Both the position numbers and the translations under genes were made by a program. Positions 1 through 9,054 of a DNA stretch of 64,000 nucleotides are shown in pieces. The stretch spans positions 1,048,668 through 1,112,667 of the forward strand of contig CALSNJ010000002.1 in the NCBI GenBank assembly GCA_943787745.1, read 5' to 3'. Every line of letters begins with the position of its first letter. The first letter of the stretch is position 1. The notes under the pieces are model-generated. The model was given only the letters and a program-made list of their open reading frames with translations. It was not told the DNA's origin and did no database searches. This DNA is from an uncultured Alphaproteobacteria bacterium (GTDB taxonomy: Bacteria > Pseudomonadota > Alphaproteobacteria > UBA6615).

Positions 1-1405
1 GCTCGAAGCATTGTCGAAAACGTCCAATCCCGACACCGCCTTCCGAAAATTTGATGATTTCCTTTCTGGCTTGCCGGCTGGCGTTCAGCTTTTCTCGCTT
101 TTCCAAGCCAATCCGCCGCTTTTAACACTGATGGCAGAAATTGTCGGCGGCGCGCCGCGGCTGGCCGAGTGGTTGGGCCGGAACCCTTTGTTGCTCGACG
201 GCGTCTTGGAACAGGATTTCTTTGACGACCTCCCCGATGCCCAGGCAATGAAACGCGACCTCGCTGACCGTCTCGCCCGCGCACGCGACATGCAGGATGT
301 CCTCGATATCGCCCGCCGTTGGGCAAACGATGCAAAGTTTCAAGTGGGAGTACAGATTCTTCGTGACACTTGTGACATTGACCGAGCCGATCTCGCATTT
401 TCTGACATCGCCGACACTGTCATACGCGGATTGCTCCCCCCGATAGAAGAAGAGTTCACCGCACTTCACGGGCGTTGCCCGGGCGACGGATTCGCCGTCC
501 TGGCATTGGGCAAACTTGGCGGACGAGAACTATCGGCGACATCCGACCTCGACTTGGTGTTTCTCTATGACACACCACCCGATGGTGGTGACGACATCAT
601 CATGTCAGATGGTCCCAAACCACTCTCGATTTCGCACTACTATCAGCGCCTCGGACAAAGGTTGGTCAACGCCATCACCTCCCTCACGGGGGAGGGGAAA
701 CTGTACGAAGTCGATATGCGCCTGCGACCTTCGGGAAATGCAGGACCCCTGTCTGTGAGCCTAGAGAGCTTCTCGATCTACCAACGAGAAAGCGCATGGA
801 CCTGGGAGCACCTCGCGCTGACGCGCGCAAGGGTCGTCAGTAGCGCCGAAGACTTCAGCAATCGCATTCAGGCTGCGATTGCAAACGCACTTGCCACGCA
901 ACGTTCACCAAAAGACCTTCTGGTCTCCGTTTCGGAAATGCGGGAGCGCATGGCCAAGGAGAACGGAACAGAGAACCCCTGGAACGTAAAACATGTTCGC
1001 GGCGGATTGGTCGACTGCGAATTCATTGCGCAGTACCTGCAACTGCAGCATGCCCACGAACATCCCGACATCCTTGACACCGGCACGGTCAGTGCATTCC
1101 GCAATCTCTCCTCGGCCGGGTTGGTGCCACAAAACACAGCCGACCAACTGATCGAAGCCACGCGCCTCTGGCGGCGTCTGCAAGGCTTACTGCGTCTAAC
1201 AATGGATGGTCCGGCAAATCCGGAGAATTTCCCACCCCCTCTCAAGCAACTACTTGCAGAGGCCGGACAAAAAGATAGTTTCGAAAATCTGGAATCCGAC
1301 ATTCAGAGGATCGCCGGAATTGCCTATGGCCATTTCCAGAACATCATCGAAACTCCGGCAGCCACAATCCGGGCCGCCAACAAAACCGAACCGAAAAAGG
1401 ACTGA
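1..1405 (+). CDS. glnE: Glutamine synthetase adenylyltransferase GlnE, C-terminal part (5' end outside window)
   Basis: Frame is open from base 2. Motifs LGKLGGRELSATSDLDLVF, YEVDMRLRPSGNAG, AWTWEHLALTRAR, KHVRGGLVDCEF. Confidence 0.95.
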   Translation, partial: LEALSKTSNPDTAFRKFDDFLSGLPAGVQLFSLFQANPPLLTLMAEIVGGAPRLAEWLGRNPLLLDGVLEQDFFDDLPDAQAMKRDLADRLARARDMQDVLDIARRWANDAKFQVGVQILRDTCDIDRADLAFSDIADTVIRGLLPPIEEEFTALHGRCPGDGFAVLALGKLGGRELSATSDLDLVFLYDTPPDGGDDIIMSDGPKPLSISHYYQRLGQRLVNAITSLTGEGKLYEVDMRLRPSGNAGPLSVSLESFSIYQRESAWTWEHLALTRARVVSSAEDFSNRIQAAIANALATQRSPKDLLVSVSEMRERMAKENGTENPWNVKHVRGGLVDCEFIAQYLQLQHAHEHPDILDTGTVSAFRNLSSAGLVPQNTADQLIEATRLWRRLQGLLRLTMDGPANPENFPPPLKQLLAEAGQKDSFENLESDIQRIAGIAYGHFQNIIETPAATIRAANKTEPKKD

Positions 1406-1409
1406 ATTC

Positions 1410-1874
1410 ATGAACGTAAACGAAGGCGACAAGGCACCCGAATTTACGATGCCCACCGATGGTGGCGGCTCGGTGAGCCTCAAGGACATGAAGGGAAAGG
1501 CAGTCGTTCTTTACTTCTATCCGAAAGATTCAACACCAGGCTGCACCAAGGAAGCTTGCGGGTTTCGGGACCTAATGCCGGACTTCTCCAAAGTCGATGC
1601 TGAAATCATCGGGGTCTCCAGGGACAGCGTCAAACGCCACGACAACTTCAAGGCCAAATACGAACTGCCGTTCCTGCTGGCCAGCGATGAAGACGGAAAG
1701 GTCTGCGAGAGCTACGGCGTGTGGGTCGAAAAATCCATGTATGGCAAAAAGTTCATGGGGATCGAGCGCGCCACCTTCCTGATTGATGGCAAAGGCAAGG
1801 TTCAAAAAGTCTGGCGCAAGGTGAAGGTCGCCGGTCATGTGGAAGACGTACTCGAAGCTGTTAAGGCACTTTGA
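1410..1874 (+). CDS. bcp: Thioredoxin-dependent peroxiredoxin Bcp
   Basis: VVLYFYPKDSTPGCTKEACGFRD motif. ATG at 1410 just after the glnE stop; the listed ORF extension to 1206 overlaps glnE. Confidence 0.95.
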   Translation: MNVNEGDKAPEFTMPTDGGGSVSLKDMKGKAVVLYFYPKDSTPGCTKEACGFRDLMPDFSKVDAEIIGVSRDSVKRHDNFKAKYELPFLLASDEDGKVCESYGVWVEKSMYGKKFMGIERATFLIDGKGKVQKVWRKVKVAGHVEDVLEAVKAL

Positions 1875-2686
1875 GCACACCTCCCGTGAACCTCGCGGAA
1901 GCCGCGAGGGACGTCATTCTCACACCTGATCCCTATGAAAAGTGCCGTCAATCGCGGCACATGGCGATGCTTTGGCAATCCGGGCAAATTACGACAGTCG
2001 GCATCGCGAAAGCCCCTGATCGACCCGGTCGTCCGGAGCGTCCAGTCCTGCTTGACCCGTCCGATGTACCGCGCCGCAAGATCAATCGCGGCACTTTGGG
2101 GCGCATCGCACTTCTGCATGCGCTTTCACATATCGAACTCAACGCTGTCGATCTTGCATGGGATATTATTGTTCGATTCTCGGGCGCTGAATTGCCGACA
2201 GAATTCTTCGATGACTGGGTCCGCGTGGCCGATGAGGAAGCGCGTCATTTTACGTTGCTCACCAACAGGCTGAGGGATTTTGAAGCCGCTTATGGAGACC
2301 TGCCCGCCCATGACGGATTGTGGGATGCTGCTCTGGAGACCCAACACAGTCTGACCGCACGACTGGCCATTGTGCCTCTTGTCCTCGAAGCACGTGGGCT
2401 GGATGTCACGCCGATGATGATCGGCAAATTGCGCGACGTGGATGACCCCATATCTGCCGAAATACTCGAAACAATCTATGCCGACGAAATCGGTCACGTG
2501 CGGATCGGCAAGCGCTGGTACGCCTTCGAATGTGAACGTCAGGGCAAAGAGCCTGAAACTCTATGGCGTGAGCTGGTAACCAAACACTTTCGCGGCGACC
2601 TGAAGCCTCCGTTCAACATTGACGCGCGCGATCAGGCCGGCCTTCCGGAAGGCTGGTACACCAACATTTCAGGAACCGGATCGTGA
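1871..2686 (+). CDS. Ferritin-like DUF455 family protein
   Basis: LLHALSHIELNAVDLAWD, DEEARHF, LEARGLDVTP, DEIGHV diiron-type motifs. Start overlaps the bcp stop. Confidence 0.9.
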   Translation: MSTPPVNLAEAARDVILTPDPYEKCRQSRHMAMLWQSGQITTVGIAKAPDRPGRPERPVLLDPSDVPRRKINRGTLGRIALLHALSHIELNAVDLAWDIIVRFSGAELPTEFFDDWVRVADEEARHFTLLTNRLRDFEAAYGDLPAHDGLWDAALETQHSLTARLAIVPLVLEARGLDVTPMMIGKLRDVDDPISAEILETIYADEIGHVRIGKRWYAFECERQGKEPETLWRELVTKHFRGDLKPPFNIDARDQAGLPEGWYTNISGTGS

Positions 2687-3597
2687 GCGAGACAAACCCC
2701 ACGCCCGGCGTGGACAATCGCGAACGTCAGATCGCTGTCATTCTTCTTTTCATCATTCCCGTTTTGTTCAGCACCAACATCATCACCGCGCGTGCGGTAA
2801 ACGATTTCATCCCCCCTTTTGCACTCGCCTTCTGGCGCTGGTGGTTGGCCTTTCTTCTTTTTCTTCCCCTTATCGCCCCGGATCTCATTCGCTACAGACG
2901 CGAGATTCTGGGGGAATGGAGAGACTTGCTCGTGCTGGGTATTCTCGGCATGGGGATATGCGGCGCGTTCGTCTACATCGGTGCCGACACCACATCGGCC
3001 ACGAATATCGGCCTGATTTATGCAACCGCCCCAATCATCATCGCGGGCGCAGCGACATTGCTCTATCGCGAACCCCTCGGTCGCGCCAAGGCAACGGGCA
3101 TCCTGATCTCGCTTTGTGGTGTCCTTGTGATCGTGTTTCGGGGAGACATCCACGCTCTGCGAACACTTTCGCTCGTGCCCGGTGACCTCTGGATCATGAC
3201 GTCAGCCATCGCGTGGGCCGTGTATTCCGTCATGCTTCGCTACCGGCCCAGCAGGCTTCCCGGCCGCGTAAGATTTGCCGCCACCATGCTCTATGGCGCG
3301 ATTGCGCTGCTGCCGTTTCACATTGTCGAACTGACCAACGGAGAGATTCCTCAACTCAATCCCGAGACAATCGGTGCTGTGCTGATTGTGGCTATTGTGC
3401 CCGGGCTGGGTGCATATCTTGGCTACGCGCGCATTCAGCGAGCACTGGGAGCAAGCCCGACGGCACTTATTCTGTATCTCGCGCCCGTGTACACGGCCCT
3501 GATGGCCTGGATACTGCTCGGCGAGGACCTCCGCCTCTACCATCTGCTGGGTGCGGCACTTATTCTTCCGGGAATTTTCCTCTCAACGCGACGCTGA
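2683..3597 (+). CDS. DMT/EamA family transporter
   Basis: About 10 hydrophobic segments in two EamA-like halves (WILLGEDL..HLLGAALILPG). GTG start overlaps the upstream stop. Confidence 0.9.
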   Translation: MSETNPTPGVDNRERQIAVILLFIIPVLFSTNIITARAVNDFIPPFALAFWRWWLAFLLFLPLIAPDLIRYRREILGEWRDLLVLGILGMGICGAFVYIGADTTSATNIGLIYATAPIIIAGAATLLYREPLGRAKATGILISLCGVLVIVFRGDIHALRTLSLVPGDLWIMTSAIAWAVYSVMLRYRPSRLPGRVRFAATMLYGAIALLPFHIVELTNGEIPQLNPETIGAVLIVAIVPGLGAYLGYARIQRALGASPTALILYLAPVYTALMAWILLGEDLRLYHLLGAALILPGIFLSTRR

Positions 3598-3632
3598 CTG
3601 CGGGCCAACACCGAAGTGGCCCGTCAACCCAC

Positions 3633-4779
3633 CTAGGCGCCCGCCTCAGGCACCGCACTCTCGTCTGCGGCTTCGACATCGCGCCCCAGTGCAGACGCCA
3701 GAGAGGCTTCCAGGAAGCGATCCAGATCGCCGTCAAGCACGGCTTGGGCGTTTCCGGTTTCAACGCTCGTCCGCATGTCTTTCACCATCTGATAGGGATG
3801 CAAGACGTAGGAACGAATTTGGTGCCCCCAACCGATATCAGTTTTGGAATCCTGCTCCGCCTGCGCCTCTTCCTCACGTTTCTGCAATTCATGCTCGTAC
3901 AAACGAGCCCGCATCATCGCCATGGCCTGCGCGCGATTGCGGTGCTGCGAGCGGTCGTTCTGACACTGCACGACAATGCCTGTTGCGATATGCGTCAACC
4001 GAACGGCGCTGTCAGTCTTGTTCACATGCTGCCCACCAGCGCCCGAGGCTCGATAGGTATCAACGCGCAAATCCTTGTCTTCGATCTCGATATCAATTTC
4101 ATCATCAATTACGGGGTAGACCCACACGGATGCAAAACTGGTGTGGCGCCGCGATTGGCTGTCATAGGGGGAAATACGAACGAGGCGGTGAACACCCGAC
4201 TCCGTCTTCATCCATCCATAGGCATTAGGCCCCACCACTTTGAAGGTTGCGGATTTCAGACCAGCTTCCTCGCCCGCGCTCTCCTCAATCCACTCCACTT
4301 TGTAATCATGGCTTTCTGACCAGCGCAGATACATCCGAACGAGCATCTCGGCCCAATCCTGGGATTCGGTTCCACCAGCACCCGCGTTGATTTCGATGTA
4401 ACAATCGTTTCCATCAACCTCACCCGAAAGCAGGCTTTCCAGCTCCAGCTTTTCGGCCCGGCGCTGCAGACCCGCAATCGTGGCTTCACCTTCCGACACC
4501 ACATCCTGGTCGCTCTCGGCCTCCCCGAGTTCAATCAAGGTCGCAGCGTCCTCAAGCTCCTGCTCAAGATTTCGCACCTGCTCGATGGATTTCTCCAGCC
4601 GCGTGCGATCCCGAAGAATTTTCTGCGCACGCTCCTGATTCTCCCAAAGAGCGGGGTCTTCTGCCTCGGCGTTTAGCTGATCGAGACGTTCAAGGGCAGT
4701 CGGCCAGTCAAAGATGCCTCCGCATAAGGCTAAGCGAAGATTCTATGGCATTGATCTGTTGGGTGACTTCCGCACGCAT
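3633..4779 (-). CDS. prfB: Peptide chain release factor 2 with programmed +1 frameshift
   Basis: ATG at 4779 gives MRAEVTQQINAIESSLSLMRRHL, then CTT TGA C; the +1 frame continues DWPTALERL... into the listed ORF. GGQ motif and SPY (SPF-type) tripeptide present; 381 aa. Confidence 0.97.
4707..4721 (-). promoter_or_regulatory. RF2 autoregulatory frameshift site (internal SD + CTTTGAC)
   Basis: Minus strand reads GGAGG-CAT-CTT-TGA-C. Confidence 0.95.
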
Positions 4780-4824
4780 GATTCTGTCCGTTGGCCAGGT
4801 GGCGATATTAGGGTTGTATCAGGG

Positions 4825-4852
4825 AAACTAACGCAGCGAATTTACCGGTCAA
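4825..4852 (-). promoter_or_regulatory. Putative sigma70 promoter of prfB
   Basis: Minus strand TTGACC-N16-TAGTTT in the mrcA-prfB gap. Confidence 0.4.
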
Positions 4853-4860
4853 GAACCCAA

Positions 4861-7293
4861 TCAGTAGATACCACGACGCGTTCCGCGGCCACGACTGCGG
4901 GAGGCGGGCGTTCCGTCACCCAAAGTCGGCGCAAGTCGCCCTTCCTCTGGTTCTGGTGCGCTTGTTCCTGTCTTAAACGCCTCCAGAATACTCGCCCGGT
5001 CTCCCGGTTGAGAAACGTAACCGGTATCGGCATTCACACGCACAAGCTGTATTCCGGACGGCACGCGGAACGGCTCAATGGTCTGGTTCGCAAACGCCTG
5101 TGCCATAAAGTCTTTGAAAATCGGCGCAGGAACAGATGAACCGGTTTCTCGCTTCCCCATCGTCCGGGGCTCATCAAATCCAACAAACACACCAACTGCC
5201 AGATCGGGAGCAAAACCGACAAACCACGTGTCGAGCGATTCATTGGTGGTGCCGGTTTTGCCGCCCAGCGGCAAGCCCAGTTGTCCAATGCGACGTCCGG
5301 TTCCGCGTTGTACAACCCCGCTCAGCATCGACACCATCTGGTAAGCCGTGGCCGGGTTGATCACTTGCTCCCGCAAGTCTTCGAGTTGCGGTGGAGCCTG
5401 ATCCGCCCAGAAACCCTGAACGCAATCCTCACAGGCCCGGGCGTCATGGCGAAAAATCGTTGCGCCCGAGCGATCCTGAATGCGGTCAATAAGCGAAGGC
5501 GTAATCTTCTTGCCACCGTTTACGATCATCGCATAGGCCGCTGTCATGCGCATAAGGGTCGTCTCCCCGGCACCAATCGACATACTGAGATGACGCGGCA
5601 TCGTTTCGACAACGCCCAGACGTTCGGCCTGGCTCGCAACGGCCTCCATGCCAATTGTCTGGGCCAGCCGGACCGTCATCAAATTGCGCGACTTTTCGAT
5701 CCCCAGCCGCATCGGGCTCGGCCCATAGAATTTCTTTGTGTAGTTCGCAGGCTTCCATTTCCCCTGACCCGCACCCTGATCAATGACGAAGGGGGCATCG
5801 AGGATCTGTGTCGACGGCGTAAACCCGTTATCAAGTCCGGCCATATAGACGATCGGCTTGAAAGCCGAACCCGGCTGGCGCCAGGCCTGGGTCGCTCGGT
5901 TGAACTCGCTCTCTGCAAAGTCGAGTCCGCCCGTCATCGCCAGAACGCGACCGGTGTGCGGGTCCATCGCAACGATCGACCCGTTTATGTCGGGCACCTG
6001 TTCAAGGCGATAGGTGTCCTCAGGATAAGGTTTCCCGTCTGAGTCCTCGGCCTTGCGCGAAACCAGCACCACATCGCCGACCGAAAGAACGGCATCCACA
6101 GACTTGATTTGAGGGCCACGATTCTGGTCTTCACGCCACTCCCGGGCCCATTTCAATTCATCGAGCGGAATGCTGCCGGTGGCCTCGTCCTCAAATCCAA
6201 GATTGGCCTGCTTAGCGGAAACCTCAAGGACGGCCGCAAGCTGCCAGTCGCCCGCCCCCGGCGGCACCGCCACATCGGGCAGCTGTTCCTGCCATGGACG
6301 CTTGGAGTCCAATGTTGAAACGGGTCCGCGCCACCCATGACGACGGTCATAGGCAACCAGTCCCTCACGGAGAGCCGATTGCGCGATACGCTGCAAACGA
6401 GGATTGAGCGTCGTGCGGACCGAAAGGCCGCCTTTGTAGAGCCCATCTTCACCAACCCGGTCGACGAGTTCCCGTCGCACGTCTTCTGCGAAGTAGGGAG
6501 CCTTCACGACGGCGCCCACATCTGTGCGCGCGACCCGAATGGGTTCTTTGCTCAGTTCTTCAGCTTCCTCAACCGCGACAACGCCATCTTCGGCCATCCG
6601 GCCCAACACATAGTTGCGGCGTGCCACAGCCGCAGCCTGATTTCTGACCGGATTGTAGTTGTTGGGTGCCTTGGGTAACGCCGCCAGAAAAGCGGCCTCA
6701 TCGGCCGTGATCTGGCTCAGTGGTTTGCCGAAATAATTCAAACTTGCCGAGGCAACGCCATAGGCCCCGAAACCGAGATAGATTTCGTTCAGATAGAGCT
6801 CAAGGATCTGATCCTTTGAGAATGCGCGCTCGATCCGGAACGAAATAATCGCCTCACGAATCTTCCGTTCAATCGAAACGTCCTTGGTCAGCAGAAAATT
6901 CTGCGCCACCTGCTGGGTGATGGTCGAAGCCCCTTCGGGCCGACGTCCTGTACCGAGGTTTTTAACGTTCGTGACCATGGCCCGCGCTATGCCCATCGGG
7001 TCAATGCCGGGGTGAGTATAAAAATTCTTGTCCTCAGCCGAGAGGAACGCGTCTCGCACGAGATTGGGTATGGTGGATATCGGAACAAACACACGACGCT
7101 GCACGGCATACTCGGCGAGCAGACTGCCATCCCCCGCATGCACGCGTGTGGTGATCGGCGGCGCATAGTTTCCCAGCTGGGTGTAGTCCGGCAAATCCTG
7201 ACCGTACTTCCAGAACAGCCAGAAGGCCCCTCCCACGGCCAACAGACCGCAGAACAGAAAGAACCCTGTCAGATATCCAAGAAGACGCAACAT
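4861..7293 (-). CDS. mrcA: Penicillin-binding protein 1A (transglycosylase/transpeptidase)
   Basis: N-terminal TM; EDKNFY, GASTITQQ, RKIREA; RQPGSAFKP (SxxK), SRN, GKTGTT. Likely ATG at 7293. Confidence 0.95.
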   Translation of the reverse strand: MLRLLGYLTGFFLFCGLLAVGGAFWLFWKYGQDLPDYTQLGNYAPPITTRVHAGDGSLLAEYAVQRRVFVPISTIPNLVRDAFLSAEDKNFYTHPGIDPMGIARAMVTNVKNLGTGRRPEGASTITQQVAQNFLLTKDVSIERKIREAIISFRIERAFSKDQILELYLNEIYLGFGAYGVASASLNYFGKPLSQITADEAAFLAALPKAPNNYNPVRNQAAAVARRNYVLGRMAEDGVVAVEEAEELSKEPIRVARTDVGAVVKAPYFAEDVRRELVDRVGEDGLYKGGLSVRTTLNPRLQRIAQSALREGLVAYDRRHGWRGPVSTLDSKRPWQEQLPDVAVPPGAGDWQLAAVLEVSAKQANLGFEDEATGSIPLDELKWAREWREDQNRGPQIKSVDAVLSVGDVVLVSRKAEDSDGKPYPEDTYRLEQVPDINGSIVAMDPHTGRVLAMTGGLDFAESEFNRATQAWRQPGSAFKPIVYMAGLDNGFTPSTQILDAPFVIDQGAGQGKWKPANYTKKFYGPSPMRLGIEKSRNLMTVRLAQTIGMEAVASQAERLGVVETMPRHLSMSIGAGETTLMRMTAAYAMIVNGGKKITPSLIDRIQDRSGATIFRHDARACEDCVQGFWADQAPPQLEDLREQVINPATAYQMVSMLSGVVQRGTGRRIGQLGLPLGGKTGTTNESLDTWFVGFAPDLAVGVFVGFDEPRTMGKRETGSSVPAPIFKDFMAQAFANQTIEPFRVPSGIQLVRVNADTGYVSQPGDRASILEAFKTGTSAPEPEEGRLAPTLGDGTPASRSRGRGTRRGIY

Positions 7294-7405
7294 ACCCGTT
7301 TCCAATAAAATTCGCGGCGCGCAGCATACCCGAGCCGACCCTCGTGATAACCCTCAAATATGCACCGATTGTGGCAAGCAGATGTTGCCCGATACCGCGC
7401 AGGCG

Positions 7406-8641
7406 TCAAAGACGCGCGTTCTGGGTTTCCTTGAAATATGCACCAACAGCCCGGACGATCGCTGCAGACATCTTTTCACGGTGGGCTTTGGACATCAAAA
7501 GTCGCTCTTCGGCAGGATTCGATATATATCCCAGCTCCAGAAGCACAGAAGGCACGTCGGGCGCCTTGAGGACCGCAAACCCGGCAGAACGCCAGGGACG
7601 CCCCAAGAGACGCGCACGCTGTCCGATCTCGCCAACAAGGTTCCCCCGGGCAAACTTTACTGACAACTCGTTGGTCTTGGCCTGCGCAAAATCGATCAGG
7701 ATATTTTGCACATCGTCGCTGTAACCATCCAGATCGACACCACCAATCACATCAGACTTGTTTTCAAGCGCTGCGAGAGCGGCGGCTTCCTTGTCCGAAG
7801 CCCTGGTGGACAGGGTGTAAACAGAAAACCCCTTGGTCGCGCGCTTGGGATGGGTATTGGCATGCAGCGACAGGAACAGATCTGCACCTGCAGCTCGTGC
7901 AATCCGAACACGCTCCCGCAATGGCAGAAAGATGTCCCGGTCGCGGGTCATTACCACCTTGTAAAGCCCCGTCGCGCGCAGCCGCTTGGCAACATCACGC
8001 GAATAATCGAGTGCAATTTTCTTTTCATAAACACCGGAAACGCCGATGGCACCGGGATCGACCCCACCATGACCGGCGTCAATAACGACCACAGGTTTCT
8101 CGTTGGGTGGGCGTGACAGCGGTGGAGGGGGTTTGGAAGCCACGCGCGGCGCCGTGTCCGGCTTTGGCCGCATCGATGCAATGAAGTCAGCACGTGTTGT
8201 TGGTTGGATATCAAGAACCAAGCGCCAGGGCTTGCCACCCTCAGGGCGCAACAGGAATTGCTTGGCAACCTTTGCCGGGGTCGTGAGATCAAGCACAAAC
8301 CGGCTTGTTCCCGGCCGGAAAAGCCCGTAGCGGAGCTTGCTGATCAACCCCGCGCCATCACCAATACGCTCTTCAGACAGCGAAAAATTGACCTCAGGCA
8401 GGTCAATAACCACCCGAAACGGGTCGGGAAGCCCAAACACACGCGGTTCAACCTTATCGCTCAGGTCAACCACAAAGCGTGTGGCGCCGTCGTGGACCCC
8501 AATTCTGATATCTCTGACCTCCAAACCAGCAGCAGCCACAGACCCGGCAGTTCCAACCAACATCACGCAGGTCAGGACAGCAGCCAAAGTCACGCGCGAA
8601 TGCGGCAAATAGGCCAAGATTTGTTTCAGAATCAAAGACAT
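7406..8641 (-). CDS. amiC: N-acetylmuramoyl-L-alanine amidase (AMIN + Amidase_3)
   Basis: Signal peptide; AMIN-like region (TRFVVDLS, DPFRVVIDL); VVIDAGHGGVDPGA, FLSLHAN, SVLLELGYISN. Confidence 0.92.
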   Translation of the reverse strand: MSLILKQILAYLPHSRVTLAAVLTCVMLVGTAGSVAAAGLEVRDIRIGVHDGATRFVVDLSDKVEPRVFGLPDPFRVVIDLPEVNFSLSEERIGDGAGLISKLRYGLFRPGTSRFVLDLTTPAKVAKQFLLRPEGGKPWRLVLDIQPTTRADFIASMRPKPDTAPRVASKPPPPLSRPPNEKPVVVIDAGHGGVDPGAIGVSGVYEKKIALDYSRDVAKRLRATGLYKVVMTRDRDIFLPLRERVRIARAAGADLFLSLHANTHPKRATKGFSVYTLSTRASDKEAAALAALENKSDVIGGVDLDGYSDDVQNILIDFAQAKTNELSVKFARGNLVGEIGQRARLLGRPWRSAGFAVLKAPDVPSVLLELGYISNPAEERLLMSKAHREKMSAAIVRAVGAYFKETQNARL

Positions 8642-8714
8642 CGGTGAATCATATATCGTTACAATCCGATCCGCTGCAACTCACAATCGCATTGCTCTTT
8701 TTATAATCAATCCA

Positions 8715-8743
8715 TTGTCGAAGCAGGTTGTGAAAGCTATGGT
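8715..8743 (+). promoter_or_regulatory. Putative sigma70 promoter of rne
   Basis: TTGTCG-N17-TATGGT about 310 nt upstream of the rne ATG. Confidence 0.4.
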
Positions 8744-8749
8744 GGTGAT

Positions 8750-9054
8750 GCGAACACCCGCGATTCAACGTCGCTGCGCGTGGTTTGCGACCAGAATGTG
8801 TGGCTCCCGAGAGTGTTTCCCGGCCGCCTCGGCATCAGGTTTCAACAGCGCGCAGAATTGAGTGGCGGTTTGTCCAACTTCGAAGCCACCGTGCCCTGGG
8901 CGACAGGTGTACGGGTATTCGGACAAAACCTGCCGTCCTGGTGCAAAACGCCCGTTCGACGGTTCAGGTTCCGATACAGGGTTCGTGCAATGCGGAACCA
9001 CCCACACCCATTGTTCGCGGGGTGTGGCAACTGGATTTCCGTAAGGAAAATTTC
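8750..9054 (+). promoter_or_regulatory. Long structured rne 5' leader
   Basis: Stems GTGGC/GCCAC (8862-8889), GGTTCCG/CGGAACC (8967-8999), CCACACCC/GGGTGTGG (9002-9027); AAGGA RBS before ATG 9055. Confidence 0.5.

Noticed and set aside
3213..4319. 368-aa + strand ORF spanning EamA and prfB
   Set aside because: Overlaps two well-supported genes and has no domain features.
8785..9054. 90-codon N-terminal extension of RNase E
   Set aside because: The conserved N-terminus and the RBS are at ATG 9055; the upstream region is better explained as leader.
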